NCBI GenBank assembly: GCA_024637305.1
Contig: JAGXFI010000065.1
Coordinates: forward strand, 14,195 to 78,194
Origin: Sulfitobacter sp.
GTDB lineage: Bacteria; Pseudomonadota; Alphaproteobacteria; Rhodobacterales; Rhodobacteraceae
Length of the DNA stretch: 64,000 nt
Reading direction: 5' to 3'
Made by a program: the position numbers and the translations under genes. Of this stretch, positions 9,537 to 20,064 are shown one piece after another. Positions within the stretch are counted from its first letter, which is position 1. Every line of letters starts with the position of its first letter. The notes beneath the pieces were generated by a model. That model was not told where the DNA came from and made no database searches. It was given only the letters and a program-made list of their open reading frames with translations.

Positions 9537-9608
9537 ATCCACCTGTCGGGGCACCTTTTTCAAAGGTGCCCCGTTTCCTTTTCTGACAGACTGACGAGGG
9601 GCTTCCTT

Positions 9609-10160
9609 ATGAAACCCATTGGCAAGTTGATCTCTTGGATCAATGCCGGTGCTTCTGGTATTGCGGGTATATTGGTGTTGCTGATGGTGGCGCATGTGTC
9701 GGCTGATGTCACGATGCGCTATGTATTCGGGCTGCCGCTGGATGCGACGATCCTGTATGTCTCGGCCTTCTATATGGTCGCGATTGCGTTTCTGCCGCTT
9801 GGGCTGGTCGAACAGAAAGACAGTCATATCGCAGTTGAACTGCTGGTCGAACGCTTTCCAAACAGAATTCAGACAGTTCTCTTGTTTTTCGCAACGCTGA
9901 TTACCGCGATCGTTACCGCCGCCGTCACCGTCCGGACAGGGCAAGAGGCGATGGCAAAATACGTGACCGGTGCATATTCGATCGAGGCCGGCGGCAAGAT
10001 CCTCACCTGGCCTACCTATTTCTATCTGCCTGCCGGTTTCGGGATGATGTCGGTTGTGGCGTTCTGGAAGTTGATTGCGATGGTGACCGGCAAGGACAGT
10101 GGTCTCAGCCTCATGACTGTCGAAGATCCCTATCTTGCGGAAGAAGAGCCTAATGTCTGA
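9609..10160 (+). CDS. TRAP transporter small permease (DctQ type)
   Basis: 183 aa with four hydrophobic segments, positioned between the DctP-like and DctM-like genes. Confidence 0.85.
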   Translation: MKPIGKLISWINAGASGIAGILVLLMVAHVSADVTMRYVFGLPLDATILYVSAFYMVAIAFLPLGLVEQKDSHIAVELLVERFPNRIQTVLLFFATLITAIVTAAVTVRTGQEAMAKYVTGAYSIEAGGKILTWPTYFYLPAGFGMMSVVAFWKLIAMVTGKDSGLSLMTVEDPYLAEEEPNV

Positions 10161-11463
10161 CATCCAAATTGCTGGCCTCTTTATTGGCGCTCTGTTCTTT
10201 TTGATCCTCATGCGCGTCCCGATCGGCGTGTCGCTGATCGCGGTCTCCTTCGGCGGACTTTGGTCGATGTTCAATTGGAACATCGCATGGGGATCGCTGG
10301 GTATCGTCCCCTATAATTTCGCCAACAGTTGGGTTCTCAGCTCCATCCCTGCGTTCCTCCTGATGGGCTTTATCTGCTATCATACGCGACTCACGCAGGG
10401 CCTGTTCAGTGCCGCGCAGGTCTGGCTTTCGGGGCTGCCCGGCGGGCTGGCCATCGCATCGGTCTTCGGCTGCGCGGGGTTTGCGGCCGTGACGGGATCG
10501 TCGGTCGCCTGCTCGGCTGCAATGGGCAAGATTGCGGTGCCAGAAATGATGCGCAACAGGTACAGCGCGGAATTGGCCACCGGAACGGTTGCCGCTGCCG
10601 GGACCATTGGTGCCCTCATCCCGCCGTCGATTCTGATGATCCTATACGGCATCATCTCGCGCCAATCCGTCAGCCAGCTGTTTCTGGGCGGTCTTGTTGT
10701 GGGGATGATCACCCTGCTGGTCTATGTGCTGCTCATTGTGGTGCGGGTCAAATTGAACCCCAGCCTTGCCCCGCTCGTCGACGGCAACCGAGCCACGCGC
10801 GCGCAGAAGTTCAAGGCCTTGGGGCAAACGTGGCCCGTTCTGCTGATCGTAATCGGTGTGTTCACAGGTCTCTTTGGTGGCGTGTTCACCCCAACCGAGG
10901 CTGGTGCCATCGGTGCCTTGCTATCAATGGTGGTGGCCGCTCTCTACCGAACGCTGACGTTCAAGGCCGTGCGGATGGCGCTGATCGAGACGATCACAAC
11001 CACGGCGGCACTGTTAATTATCGCGGTCGGTGCCAGCTTGCTGACACGCTTTCTGGCTCTGTCGGGCATCGGCGATGCGCTGTCGTCTTCGATTTTGGCA
11101 TTTGGCGTCTCCCCGGTGCTGATCATGGTGGGCGTCGTGTTCGTTTATCTGGTTCTTGGCATGATGTTGGAACCCGTTGGGGCAATGTTGCTGACGCTGC
11201 CCATCGTTCTGCCGTTGGTCGATGAAACGGGCTATAGTCTGCTGTGGTTCGGGGTCGTGCTGGTCAAGCTGCTTGAGATTGGGATGATCACGCCACCGAT
11301 GGGGATGAACGTGTTTGTTATCAAGGGGGTGGTCGGCAATACGGCATCCCTTACCACGATTTTCCGTGGCGTTTTCTGGTTCGTCGTGGTCGATCTGTTG
11401 ATCGTCGCGTTGCTGATCGCCTTCCCCCAGATCGTTCTGTTCCTGCCTAATTGGGTGGGCTGA
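10153..11463 (+). CDS. TRAP transporter large permease (DctM type)
   Basis: About 436 aa, polytopic, with strong similarity to the second DctM at 18142-19449 (for example GLPGGLAIASVFGCAGFAAVTGSSVAC). The start ATG at 10153 overlaps the DctQ stop. Confidence 0.92.
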   Translation: MSDIQIAGLFIGALFFLILMRVPIGVSLIAVSFGGLWSMFNWNIAWGSLGIVPYNFANSWVLSSIPAFLLMGFICYHTRLTQGLFSAAQVWLSGLPGGLAIASVFGCAGFAAVTGSSVACSAAMGKIAVPEMMRNRYSAELATGTVAAAGTIGALIPPSILMILYGIISRQSVSQLFLGGLVVGMITLLVYVLLIVVRVKLNPSLAPLVDGNRATRAQKFKALGQTWPVLLIVIGVFTGLFGGVFTPTEAGAIGALLSMVVAALYRTLTFKAVRMALIETITTTAALLIIAVGASLLTRFLALSGIGDALSSSILAFGVSPVLIMVGVVFVYLVLGMMLEPVGAMLLTLPIVLPLVDETGYSLLWFGVVLVKLLEIGMITPPMGMNVFVIKGVVGNTASLTTIFRGVFWFVVVDLLIVALLIAFPQIVLFLPNWVG

Positions 11464-11540
11464 AAGGCGCACTGCTTGATTGACCCAGCACATGATTATG
11501 CGAGCACTTCAAGGGACAGGGCAAATACGTCGAAGCCGGA

Positions 11541-12134
11541 TCAGTCCGACGCGCCAGTAACGCTCAGGCCCAGCACGCGCCAACTCTGCATACCGCCTCG
11601 GTAATAGTATATTCGTTCGGCCGGGTAACCGGCTGCAATCATCGCCCGAATGGCAGTCGGACTTTGCCCGCACCAAAGGCCGTTGCAGAACAGGGCGACG
11701 GTGCGTGCCTCGGTGCAGTCCCAGCCATCAAAGTCAGGCTCACAGCCCAATTCGCCCAGACGGTCCACCATGTACATGTATGGAATGTTAACCGATCCCG
11801 GAATCGTGCCGCCCTTGAACCAATCATGCGTGCGGCTGTCGACCACCGTAGCCTCGTCATCGGTCAGCATATCCAGCAGCTCCAATTCGCCAATGGTGGT
11901 CACATCCGGCGCGGGCGTCATCGGCTGGATGCAGAACGGCGGACAGGGGCGCGAGGTAAGCGCCCATTCACCGGTCACCTGATTGGCATGGTCCTGTTCG
12001 CGCGAGATTTCCATCGGCCCCGCGGGTGTTCGCACAGTGACAGACGGTAGATCAGGGCGAATGTTCACCGGCTCCTGCGCGGCAATCGGTGACGCGATCA
12101 GAACAACAATTGCAACGAAACCATAAAGGCGCAT
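11541..12134 (-). CDS. secreted rhodanese-domain protein
   Basis: Start trimmed to MRLYGFVAIVVLIASPIAAQE (signal peptide, GGGAGA RBS). CNGLWCGQSP active-site-loop-like motif in a rhodanese-like C-terminal domain. Confidence 0.8.
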   Translation of the reverse strand: MRLYGFVAIVVLIASPIAAQEPVNIRPDLPSVTVRTPAGPMEISREQDHANQVTGEWALTSRPCPPFCIQPMTPAPDVTTIGELELLDMLTDDEATVVDSRTHDWFKGGTIPGSVNIPYMYMVDRLGELGCEPDFDGWDCTEARTVALFCNGLWCGQSPTAIRAMIAAGYPAERIYYYRGGMQSWRVLGLSVTGASD

Positions 12135-12390
12135 AAGGATTCTCCCCGACGCTTTGCGAAAATCAGGACAGATCGGATTGCGATCATCCTGACCAATGGC
12201 CGGGCCAAGCGCGCCGTAACGAAAATTACGCCGACGTTGCCCTGCTTGCAAACGAAAAACTTCTCCTACCATGGCGCGATGGAGTCCGGGGTCATGAAAA
12301 ACGCCCATTGGACGTCCCTGGCTTGCTCACGCAACAGCGCTCAGACAAGGCGAACGAGGGGCCCCGTTGGGGCGGATAACATACCGCAGA

Positions 12391-13227
12391 TCAGATCCAG
12401 AATGGCGGTGTCTTGCGCACTTTATGCCAATCCCTCTCGGCATTTGCCAATGCCTTGGTTGTCCTCGCGTCAAGACGTTCCTGCGCGGTCCGATCAGGTG
12501 CGGATGTGGCTTGTATCATTTTGATATCGGTGAGGGTGCCCAGCTGGTCCTGCAACGATCTGAGGTGCTTCAAGAAATCCTTTTTGGTTTTTCCGCTCCA
12601 CAGGTCACCAAAATACTCGCTCAGATATCGCAGAGTTTTGAGATCCTTCCGGAATGCATGGCGTTTGGCCTGCGACAGATCCGTGACAGATGGTCCATAA
12701 TCGCCGCAATCCGACCACGCCCGTTCCAGCGCTCGTACCGCGATCTTGCGCACCGGTGCCTTCCGCCAGCGTTTGGCCTTGCACCCCTTGCGTCTCCAGT
12801 TTTTTGACTGAAACAGGTCGCAAAGCCTCTCTGCATAGGTCGCTGCTCCGTGTGCTTTCATCGCCTCGCGCAGATCGGCGCGGATACGGTGCAGTTGGTC
12901 TTTCGAGGCGGTCTGCGCCTGCACCGATGCCAAACTTTCTGCACGCACATCGGCGTCGCGCAGTGTGCCGATCAGACGGAACAGCCTGCGCGCTTCATCC
13001 TTTTGTTCAGCAAGAATACTTCTGTCGATCAAGGGAGCAAAACCGGAGAGCACCGACCTTATCCGTCTCAGGGCAATACGCGCGCCATGTGGACCTTCCG
13101 GATCATCGGATGTCATCAGCTGGTCGCAATGCCTGTCAAAATCGTCACTGGTTGTCCTGATTATCGACCGGAGCGCCTTTTGGGCGGTGATGTCCTTGCT
13201 CATTTCGGCTTTGTTCGACGATGTCAT
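12391..13227 (-). CDS. CHAD domain-containing protein
   Basis: 278 aa, helical, rich in His/Arg with the HGARIALRRIRSVL pattern typical of CHAD. Its start overlaps the upstream gene's stop (ATGA at 13224-13227). Confidence 0.75.
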   Translation of the reverse strand: MTSSNKAEMSKDITAQKALRSIIRTTSDDFDRHCDQLMTSDDPEGPHGARIALRRIRSVLSGFAPLIDRSILAEQKDEARRLFRLIGTLRDADVRAESLASVQAQTASKDQLHRIRADLREAMKAHGAATYAERLCDLFQSKNWRRKGCKAKRWRKAPVRKIAVRALERAWSDCGDYGPSVTDLSQAKRHAFRKDLKTLRYLSEYFGDLWSGKTKKDFLKHLRSLQDQLGTLTDIKMIQATSAPDRTAQERLDARTTKALANAERDWHKVRKTPPFWI

Positions 13228-14807
13228 TGGCCTTCCCCTGGCGCATCCGACGGGCGACGGCCTGTGGGGTGTCCAGAACGACTGGTGGCTTCGTTCAAGT
13301 GCAACAAAGCCTCTTTCAAGCTCTGGGCCAAGGAATTGGCCGTGGAAACGGCCTCCCAGTCCATGACAGTCGGGGCGCGAGCGAGCTGTTTCGCCAGCAC
13401 GTCGGCATCAGCATCAGAAGCGCCGGGATCGCGGGTGTTGAGCCGCGAGTGCAGTAGATCCGGATCGGCCTCCAGCCAAAGCCCGTCGAAGCCTACATTG
13501 GCGGCCTGTGCTGCAGCACGGATTTGGGTGCGGTCATCGCTACGGTCATGCACCGCATCTGCAATCACAGTGACGCTGCCGGCAAGCAGCTTTTGCGCCC
13601 GCGTAGCCATCGCCGAATAGACCCGCGCCGACACGTCTGCGCTGTAGGCCTCGGGCGGAAGCGCTACACTTGGTGCAACATCAAACATCGCTTTTCGCGT
13701 GCGATCACTGCTGATCACTCTTGCACCCGGGGGGCGACCCAGATGCGGCGCAAGTTCTTCGGCGAGAGTCGATTTGCCGGATCCGCTAAGCCCGCCAACA
13801 GCGACCAACCGGGCTGCTTTCGGTACGAGCAGGTTCTCCGCCAAATCGAAATAGGCGCGCGCCTCATCTACCAGTGCCGCTTGATTGCTGGCCGCAGACT
13901 CGGCTTGGGTCGCGGTGACATGGGCCCGCACTGCCGCGCGCAAGGCTGTGAAAAACGGCATGAGGACATAGCCGTCCTCATATCCGTAAGTATCGAAATA
14001 GCGGTTCACGACACGGGTCGCCTCGGCGCGCAGCCCCCGGTGCCATAGGTCCATGACCAAAAATGCCAGATCATAGAGCAGATCCACAGTTGCAAGCGCG
14101 TCGTTGAACTCCAGGCAATCGAAAAGGCGGACCCGTCCCTGATAAAGGCAGATATTGCGTAGATGCAGGTCCCCGTGACAATGACGGACCTGCCCGGCCT
14201 TCGCCCTATCGTTCAATTGCGCGGCATGGTCTTGCAGGGCCACCTCAAACGCAGAGTTGAGACGGGAAATTTCGTCTTCATTGAAAACACTGCCTTGCCG
14301 AAACCCTGCCTCGTTGATCTTCAAAACCGCAGCGATATTTTCCGCGCCCCTAGCCATTTCATCCACCGTGGCGGCGGCATGGAATGTTGTGATCTCACCC
14401 GCCAGGGCATCAAGATGCTGAGATGTCAGCTTGCCATCCTTTGCCATCTGATCGAAAATACCTTCCTGATCAAAGCGGCACATTTCGACGACTGCATCGA
14501 GAAGCGGACCCGCGCCGTCAAATTCGCACCCCCCTGCCCTTGCGGTGATCCGGCGTACTCCAAGATAGAGCTCTGGCGCAGTCCGACGATTGAGGCTCAA
14601 CTCCCTTTCGCAGATATCCAGGCGACGTTCGGGAGTTGAGAAATCCAGATAAGGTAAGCGCACGGCCCGTTTGAGCTTGAAGGCACTCGACCCAATCAAA
14701 AACAGGTGAGAGATATGCGTGTCGATCCGCTCAACAGGGTCCGTCCGCCCATAGGTCGCAGGGTCCGTCAAAAAGGCTTTCACGGCCTCTTGGTCGCGAT
14801 CGGTCAT
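13224..14807 (-). CDS. bifunctional phosphotransferase (APH-like) / P-loop kinase-like ATP-binding protein
   Basis: N-terminal kinase-fold motifs HCHGDLHLRNI...FDCLEF. C-terminal Walker A GGLSGSGKSTLAEEL. Confidence 0.8.
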   Translation of the reverse strand: MTDRDQEAVKAFLTDPATYGRTDPVERIDTHISHLFLIGSSAFKLKRAVRLPYLDFSTPERRLDICERELSLNRRTAPELYLGVRRITARAGGCEFDGAGPLLDAVVEMCRFDQEGIFDQMAKDGKLTSQHLDALAGEITTFHAAATVDEMARGAENIAAVLKINEAGFRQGSVFNEDEISRLNSAFEVALQDHAAQLNDRAKAGQVRHCHGDLHLRNICLYQGRVRLFDCLEFNDALATVDLLYDLAFLVMDLWHRGLRAEATRVVNRYFDTYGYEDGYVLMPFFTALRAAVRAHVTATQAESAASNQAALVDEARAYFDLAENLLVPKAARLVAVGGLSGSGKSTLAEELAPHLGRPPGARVISSDRTRKAMFDVAPSVALPPEAYSADVSARVYSAMATRAQKLLAGSVTVIADAVHDRSDDRTQIRAAAQAANVGFDGLWLEADPDLLHSRLNTRDPGASDADADVLAKQLARAPTVMDWEAVSTANSLAQSLKEALLHLNEATSRSGHPTGRRPSDAPGEGQ

Positions 14808-15017
14808 TAAATTTCCCCCAGTTTTGGACGATAGTACGCAGATTTGTGCTCAGGCGCTTTGACAGGGGTCAAACGGGCCGACCTTTCGCAACCAATCACC
14901 CTACAACAGCTGGAGTGAACATCTGCAAATGCCCAGTCCGGGTGATTTTGGCCTATAGTGAAACGTGCTGAAGTCCACGCTGGTAATACCGTCTCTTGAT
15001 GGGTGATAGTTGTGGAC

Positions 15018-16277
15018 ATGGATGGGCTTGATATCTTTGTGCGCCTTGCGCTGGCTCTGGCTATCGGAATGCTTCTGGGGCTGGAGCGCGGATGGCATGG
15101 GCGGGATGAAGCCGAGGGTGAACGCATCGCAGGGATACGGACTTTTGCGCTGACCGGACTTTTCGGTGGCGTTAGCGGCTGGCTGGCAGAGTTGACCATA
15201 CCGGTATTTCCCGCGCTGGCGATCTTTGCCCTCGGTGGGCTTCTGGCGGTGAGCTACTGGGTCAGTACAAAGGGCGGCGATGACCTTGGCATCACCACTG
15301 AAATCGCCCTGCTGCTGACCTTTGTTCTTGGTGTCACGTCCGTGGTGGGCGAAATGGCACCGACGGTTGCGGTTGCGGTCGTGGCGACGTTGCTGCTGTC
15401 GATGAAGTCCACGCTTCACCGCTGGCTCAAACAGATCAAACAGTTTGAACTTGAAGCCGTCTTCAAGCTTGCCCTCATTTCTGCGGTGATCCTGCCTCTT
15501 TTGCCCGATGAAGCTTACGGACCCGGAGCCGTGCTCAATCCCTACGAACTGTGGTGGGCAGTTGTGATTGTGGCGGGATTGTCGTTCATCGGTTATGGTG
15601 CCATTCGGCTTGCAGGGGCCAAAGCAGGCATTCTTGCGACCGGTCTCTTCGGTGGGCTTGCGTCATCGACTTCGACCACCTTGGCACTTGCGCGTTTCGT
15701 TCGGAAAAACGACGCTCTGGCTGCTCTTGGAGCGGCCGGAATAATTGTATCCGGTTCGGTGACCTTTCTTCGCATTATCGCACTCGTCGCGGTTTTTGAA
15801 TCGAGCCTGATTACGCCGTTGGCTGTCCCGATGGGCGTTATGGCCGCGACCGGTCTAATCGGAGCAGCGGTCATTTACTTCACCGCAGACCGAAGGCCTG
15901 ACGCTCAGGACGAGATCGGCGACATCGGGAACCCTCTCGCATTGGCGACGGCTGTGATGTTCGGCATCATATTGGCTGTCGTTCTGCTCGGCACGCACTA
16001 CCTCGGCGTTTGGTTGGGAACAGGTGGGGTTTATGCCGCTGCTGCAATTTCAGGCCTCACAGATGTAGACGCTCTGACGATTTCCGTGTCACGTTTGGTT
16101 GGCGGAGAAATCAATGCGACAAACGGCGCAATCGCGATTTTCATCGCCGCGTCTGTCAACACTGCCGTAAAGGGCGGGATAGCGCTATTTGTCGGCGGCT
16201 GGGCGCTTGGGCTGCGGGTGTTGGCTGTCTACCTCGCCGTGATAGGCACCGGCAGCGTCAGCCTCTGGCTAAGCTGA
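15018..16277 (+). CDS. MgtC/SapB family plus DUF4010-type membrane protein
   Basis: N-terminus RLALALAIGMLLGLERGW is the MgtC signature, followed by about 10 further TM segments. Start ambiguous: GTG at 15003 or ATG at 15018. Confidence 0.8.
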   Translation: MDGLDIFVRLALALAIGMLLGLERGWHGRDEAEGERIAGIRTFALTGLFGGVSGWLAELTIPVFPALAIFALGGLLAVSYWVSTKGGDDLGITTEIALLLTFVLGVTSVVGEMAPTVAVAVVATLLLSMKSTLHRWLKQIKQFELEAVFKLALISAVILPLLPDEAYGPGAVLNPYELWWAVVIVAGLSFIGYGAIRLAGAKAGILATGLFGGLASSTSTTLALARFVRKNDALAALGAAGIIVSGSVTFLRIIALVAVFESSLITPLAVPMGVMAATGLIGAAVIYFTADRRPDAQDEIGDIGNPLALATAVMFGIILAVVLLGTHYLGVWLGTGGVYAAAAISGLTDVDALTISVSRLVGGEINATNGAIAIFIAASVNTAVKGGIALFVGGWALGLRVLAVYLAVIGTGSVSLWLS

Positions 16278-16508
16278 CAAATTCGGCAAAAAATCTACCG
16301 AGGAAGCTGGCCTGATCATGCGGCAATGCTGCACCAACCCTTTGCCAAGCCTGCCCGTTCAGGACAAGCGGCACCACCTGGAAGGAGCGCAAGGTCACTC
16401 GATGGCAGCAAGATCGGCGTCCGCACACTTCTTGGCTTTGCCATCACTTCGCGTCAACGGCTGGGGTTGAAACAGCTCTTTTCCACGTATCGCACCTTCA
16501 AAAGGCTG

Positions 16509-18089
16509 TCAGCCGTCGTCGAAAACTTTTGCATATTCCAGCCGCAGGTCGCGTTTCAGGATCTTGCCGCTGGCATTCTTGGGCAGGCCTTCGGCAATCT
16601 CGATATGCTTGGGTGCCTTGAAATGCGCCAGTGCATCGCGGCAGTAGCTCATCACCGTCTCGGCGGTCAGGGATGCGCCGGCTTTGGGCACCACCACAGC
16701 GGTCACCGCCTCGATCCACTTTGGATGGGGCACGCCGAACACTGCCACCTCGGCCACGTCCGGGTGACGGAATATCGCCTCCTCGACCTCGCGGCTCGCA
16801 ACATTTTCACCGCCCGTCTTGATCATGTCCTTCTTGCGATCCACGACATAGAGATACCCATCCGCGTCGAACCGGCCCAGATCACCGCTGTGGAACCAGC
16901 CGCCGCGGAACGCCTCCGCCGTCTTGTCGGGGTCGTTGAAATACTCGGTGATCAGATGCGGACTGCGGTGCACGATCTCGCCCACCTCACCCACCGGCAC
17001 GGCAACGTCATTGTCATCCACCACGCGGGTTTCAACATTCAGCGCTGGACGCCCGGCGGAGCCCAGCTTGCGCATCTGATCTTGCGGTTTCAGGATCGTG
17101 GCCAGCGGGGCCATCTCGGTCTGACCATAAAAATTGAATAGCCGCATATTCGGCAAGCGCTGCGACAACTCCTCGATCACCGCCGTGGGCATGATCGACG
17201 CGCCGTAATAGCCCGCGTTCAGGCTGCTCAGATCCCGTTTGTCGAAATCGGAATGACGCAACAGGGCGATCCACATGGTCGGCGGGCAAAACAGCTTGGT
17301 CACGCCGTGGGCCTCGATCGCGGTCAGCATCTCGGACGGGTCGGCCTTGTCATGCACAATCGAGGTGACGCCAAGATACAGATCGGGGCTGAGAAAACAG
17401 TCGAGCTGCGCGCAGTGAAACAACGGCAGGCAATGCAGCGAAATCGCATCCTCGGTCATCTCGCCGTCGATAATGCAGCTTGAATACTGCGCGTAAAGCG
17501 CGGCAGAGGTTTGCAGGGCACCTTTAGGCCGGGATTCAGTGCCGCTGGTATACATCATCTGGATCGGATCATCCGCGTCGATGTCGCGCCAGACCTCGGA
17601 CGCCTCCTCGTGATCCAGCAGGTCCGAGACGGGGTGCCAGCCCTCTGGTGCGTCAACCCCCGCATGTGGGATGGTAAATTTTGGCATGTCCTGCCCTATC
17701 TCCGACAGCGCGGCTTCCGCCGTGGCGCAAAGCGCGTCCTCGGCGATCAACATCCGCGCGCCGGAATGGGTCAGGATATAGGCCACATCGGGCGCGGTCA
17801 GCATGAAGTTGACCGGCGTGGTCACGGCCCCCAGCCGCGCCAGCGCATAACGCAGTACCACGAATGTGCGGTTGTTATGGGTAAAGATCGCCACCCGGTC
17901 CCCCTTGACCACGCCGCGTGCCTCAAGCGCGTGGGCGGCCCGGTTCACAGCGGCATCCAGATCGGCGAATGTGTCGCTAAGGTCGCGGAACACCAGCGCG
18001 GTCTTGGTGGGGGTGCGCGCAGCGGTCCGCCGCAGCATGTCGCCCAATTGCTGGCCCCGCGCACGGCGGATCATTTGATCGGTTTGCAT
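16509..18089 (-). CDS. AMP-dependent acyl-CoA synthetase/ligase
   Basis: YTSGTESRPKGA AMP-binding box, GQTE and WFHSGDLG motifs, and GKILKRDLR C-terminus. Start set at MQTDQ (GAGGA RBS) rather than 18101. Confidence 0.9.
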   Translation of the reverse strand: MQTDQMIRRARGQQLGDMLRRTAARTPTKTALVFRDLSDTFADLDAAVNRAAHALEARGVVKGDRVAIFTHNNRTFVVLRYALARLGAVTTPVNFMLTAPDVAYILTHSGARMLIAEDALCATAEAALSEIGQDMPKFTIPHAGVDAPEGWHPVSDLLDHEEASEVWRDIDADDPIQMMYTSGTESRPKGALQTSAALYAQYSSCIIDGEMTEDAISLHCLPLFHCAQLDCFLSPDLYLGVTSIVHDKADPSEMLTAIEAHGVTKLFCPPTMWIALLRHSDFDKRDLSSLNAGYYGASIMPTAVIEELSQRLPNMRLFNFYGQTEMAPLATILKPQDQMRKLGSAGRPALNVETRVVDDNDVAVPVGEVGEIVHRSPHLITEYFNDPDKTAEAFRGGWFHSGDLGRFDADGYLYVVDRKKDMIKTGGENVASREVEEAIFRHPDVAEVAVFGVPHPKWIEAVTAVVVPKAGASLTAETVMSYCRDALAHFKAPKHIEIAEGLPKNASGKILKRDLRLEYAKVFDDG

Positions 18090-18141
18090 TTTTGTCCTCA
18101 TTCGTTGTCTTGCGCCCGGCCTCTTGGCCGGACGATATGGA

Positions 18142-19449
18142 TCAGTTCACCATTCCCGGTAGCCACAGCACCAGCTGCGGAAAGGCACACAGGATCCCGA
18201 CCAGCACCAGATCCATCACAATGAACCAGGCGACACCCCGAAAGATGGCCGAGGTTTTCACCAGATCGCCCACTACGCTTTTGATCACGAACACATTCAT
18301 CCCGATGGGTGGGGTGATCATCCCGATTTCCAGCAGCTTGGTCAGCACGATGCCGAACCACAGCAGGTTCCAACCGGCCGCATCGACCACAGGCAGAATG
18401 ATCGGCAGCGTCAGCAGCATCGCCCCGATAGGTTCCAGAAACATCCCCATCAGCAGATAGATGACGACAATGCCAAGGATCAGCAGAACCGGGCTGGAAG
18501 CGATGTTCAAAATGCCCGACGACAGGTAATCGCCCGCGCCCGACAGCGCCAGAAACCGCGTCAGCAGGCTTGCCCCGATCGCAATGATCAGCAGCGCCGC
18601 TGTGGTCATCAGGGTTTCGCGCGCTGCGGTCAGAAAACGATCAAGCGTCATCTCGCGTGTCAGGATAGCCACCACACAGGCCATGGATGCGCCCACAGCG
18701 CCCGCCTCGGTCGGGGTGAATACGCCCCCGAACAGCCCGCCGAAAATGCCCAGCATGATCAGCAGGATCGGCCAGGTCTCGCGCAGTGCGATCAGTTTTT
18801 CGCGCAGGCTGACGCTGGTGTCGCGTTCAGGGGCAAGCGCCGGGTTCAGCCAGACTCGCAGCAACACCACAAGGATATAGCCGACCGCCGTCATCAGGCC
18901 CGCGACGACACCGCCCAGGAAAAGCTGGGTGATCGAGATCTGCGCGATCACCCCATAAAGGATCAGGATGATCGAGGGCGGGATCAGCGCCCCAATGGTG
19001 CCCGCCACCGCGACCGTGCCGGTGGCCAGCTCCGGATGGTATTTGTATTTCATCATCTCAGGAATGGCGATCCGCCCCATAGCCGCCGAACAGGCAATGG
19101 ACGAGCCCGACACCGCAGCAAACCCCGCCGAGCCGAAGATCGACGCGATGGCAAGTCCGCCAGGCAGCCCCGCAAGCCAGATCCGCGCCGCGTTGAACAT
19201 GCCGCGCGTCAATTGCGTGTGATAGCTGATGAACCCCATGAACAAGAACATCGGGATCGAGCTGAGGATCCAGCTTGAGGTAAAGCTGTAGGGCACGATG
19301 CTCATCGCGCCCCAGGCGACGCGCGGCCCCATAAGCGCGTAGAGCCCGGTAAACGATACCCCAATCAAGGCGATGCCGATGGGCACGCGCACCGCGATCA
19401 ATGCAATCAGGGTTGCCAGGCCAGTCAGGCCGATGCCGACATCAGTCAC
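18142..19449 (-). CDS. TRAP transporter large permease (DctM type)
   Basis: 435 aa, polytopic, paralog of 10153-11463. Confidence 0.92.
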   Translation of the reverse strand: MTDVGIGLTGLATLIALIAVRVPIGIALIGVSFTGLYALMGPRVAWGAMSIVPYSFTSSWILSSIPMFLFMGFISYHTQLTRGMFNAARIWLAGLPGGLAIASIFGSAGFAAVSGSSIACSAAMGRIAIPEMMKYKYHPELATGTVAVAGTIGALIPPSIILILYGVIAQISITQLFLGGVVAGLMTAVGYILVVLLRVWLNPALAPERDTSVSLREKLIALRETWPILLIMLGIFGGLFGGVFTPTEAGAVGASMACVVAILTREMTLDRFLTAARETLMTTAALLIIAIGASLLTRFLALSGAGDYLSSGILNIASSPVLLILGIVVIYLLMGMFLEPIGAMLLTLPIILPVVDAAGWNLLWFGIVLTKLLEIGMITPPIGMNVFVIKSVVGDLVKTSAIFRGVAWFIVMDLVLVGILCAFPQLVLWLPGMVN

Positions 19450-19978
19450 TTATGAACTTCGCATTTTCATCTGTTTCATTCAGTCCGTTGCGCCAGCCGG
19501 TGAGGACGGTGATAACCCTGTAAGCTGCGATCAGCGCCATCAGCGCCGCGCCAAGGGGCACCATCCAGTAACTCTGCCAGATTTCTATCCGCTGCGATCC
19601 CTGCTCCATCGTGGCACCGATGTTGGTCTTTTTGACCGCCTCGGTCCAGCCGCTGATCATCAGCACCACGACCACACCGACAGTCAGAGCGCTGGCAAAA
19701 ACCGAAAACCCTGTCTGCACCCGTTGCGGCATCAGATCGGTCAGAAACTCGACCGAGATATGGCTACGCTTTTCCTCGGCCACGCCAAGGGCGATGAACA
19801 CCAGCACGATCATATAATAGTTCGCCACCATCACGATCGTGCCGGGCAATGGCGTGTTGAACACGTATCGCCCCACCACATCAGCGGTTACGTGCAGCAT
19901 CATCAAGATGACGCAGATCGCCCCGATCAGGGACGATGACTTGGCCAGAAAAGACAGCACCCTGCCGATCATGTACAT
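19442..19978 (-). CDS. TRAP transporter small permease (DctQ type)
   Basis: Start trimmed to MYMIGRVLSF (GGAGG RBS). Four hydrophobic segments. Overlaps the DctM start by 8 nt. Confidence 0.85.
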   Translation of the reverse strand: MYMIGRVLSFLAKSSSLIGAICVILMMLHVTADVVGRYVFNTPLPGTIVMVANYYMIVLVFIALGVAEEKRSHISVEFLTDLMPQRVQTGFSVFASALTVGVVVVLMISGWTEAVKKTNIGATMEQGSQRIEIWQSYWMVPLGAALMALIAAYRVITVLTGWRNGLNETDENAKFISD

Positions 19979-20064
19979 GAATTGCCTCCGTCGGTATGCA
20001 AGGGAAACCGGGCCCCCCGTGCGCTGCACGATGCCCGGCTCTGGATTTCATGCGTCAGGCAGAA

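Noticed and set aside
9162-10283. 373-aa minus-strand ORF
   Set aside because: It is antisense across the DctP/DctQ/DctM genes of TRAP system 1. The composition (His/Arg/Asp-rich) is not protein-like.
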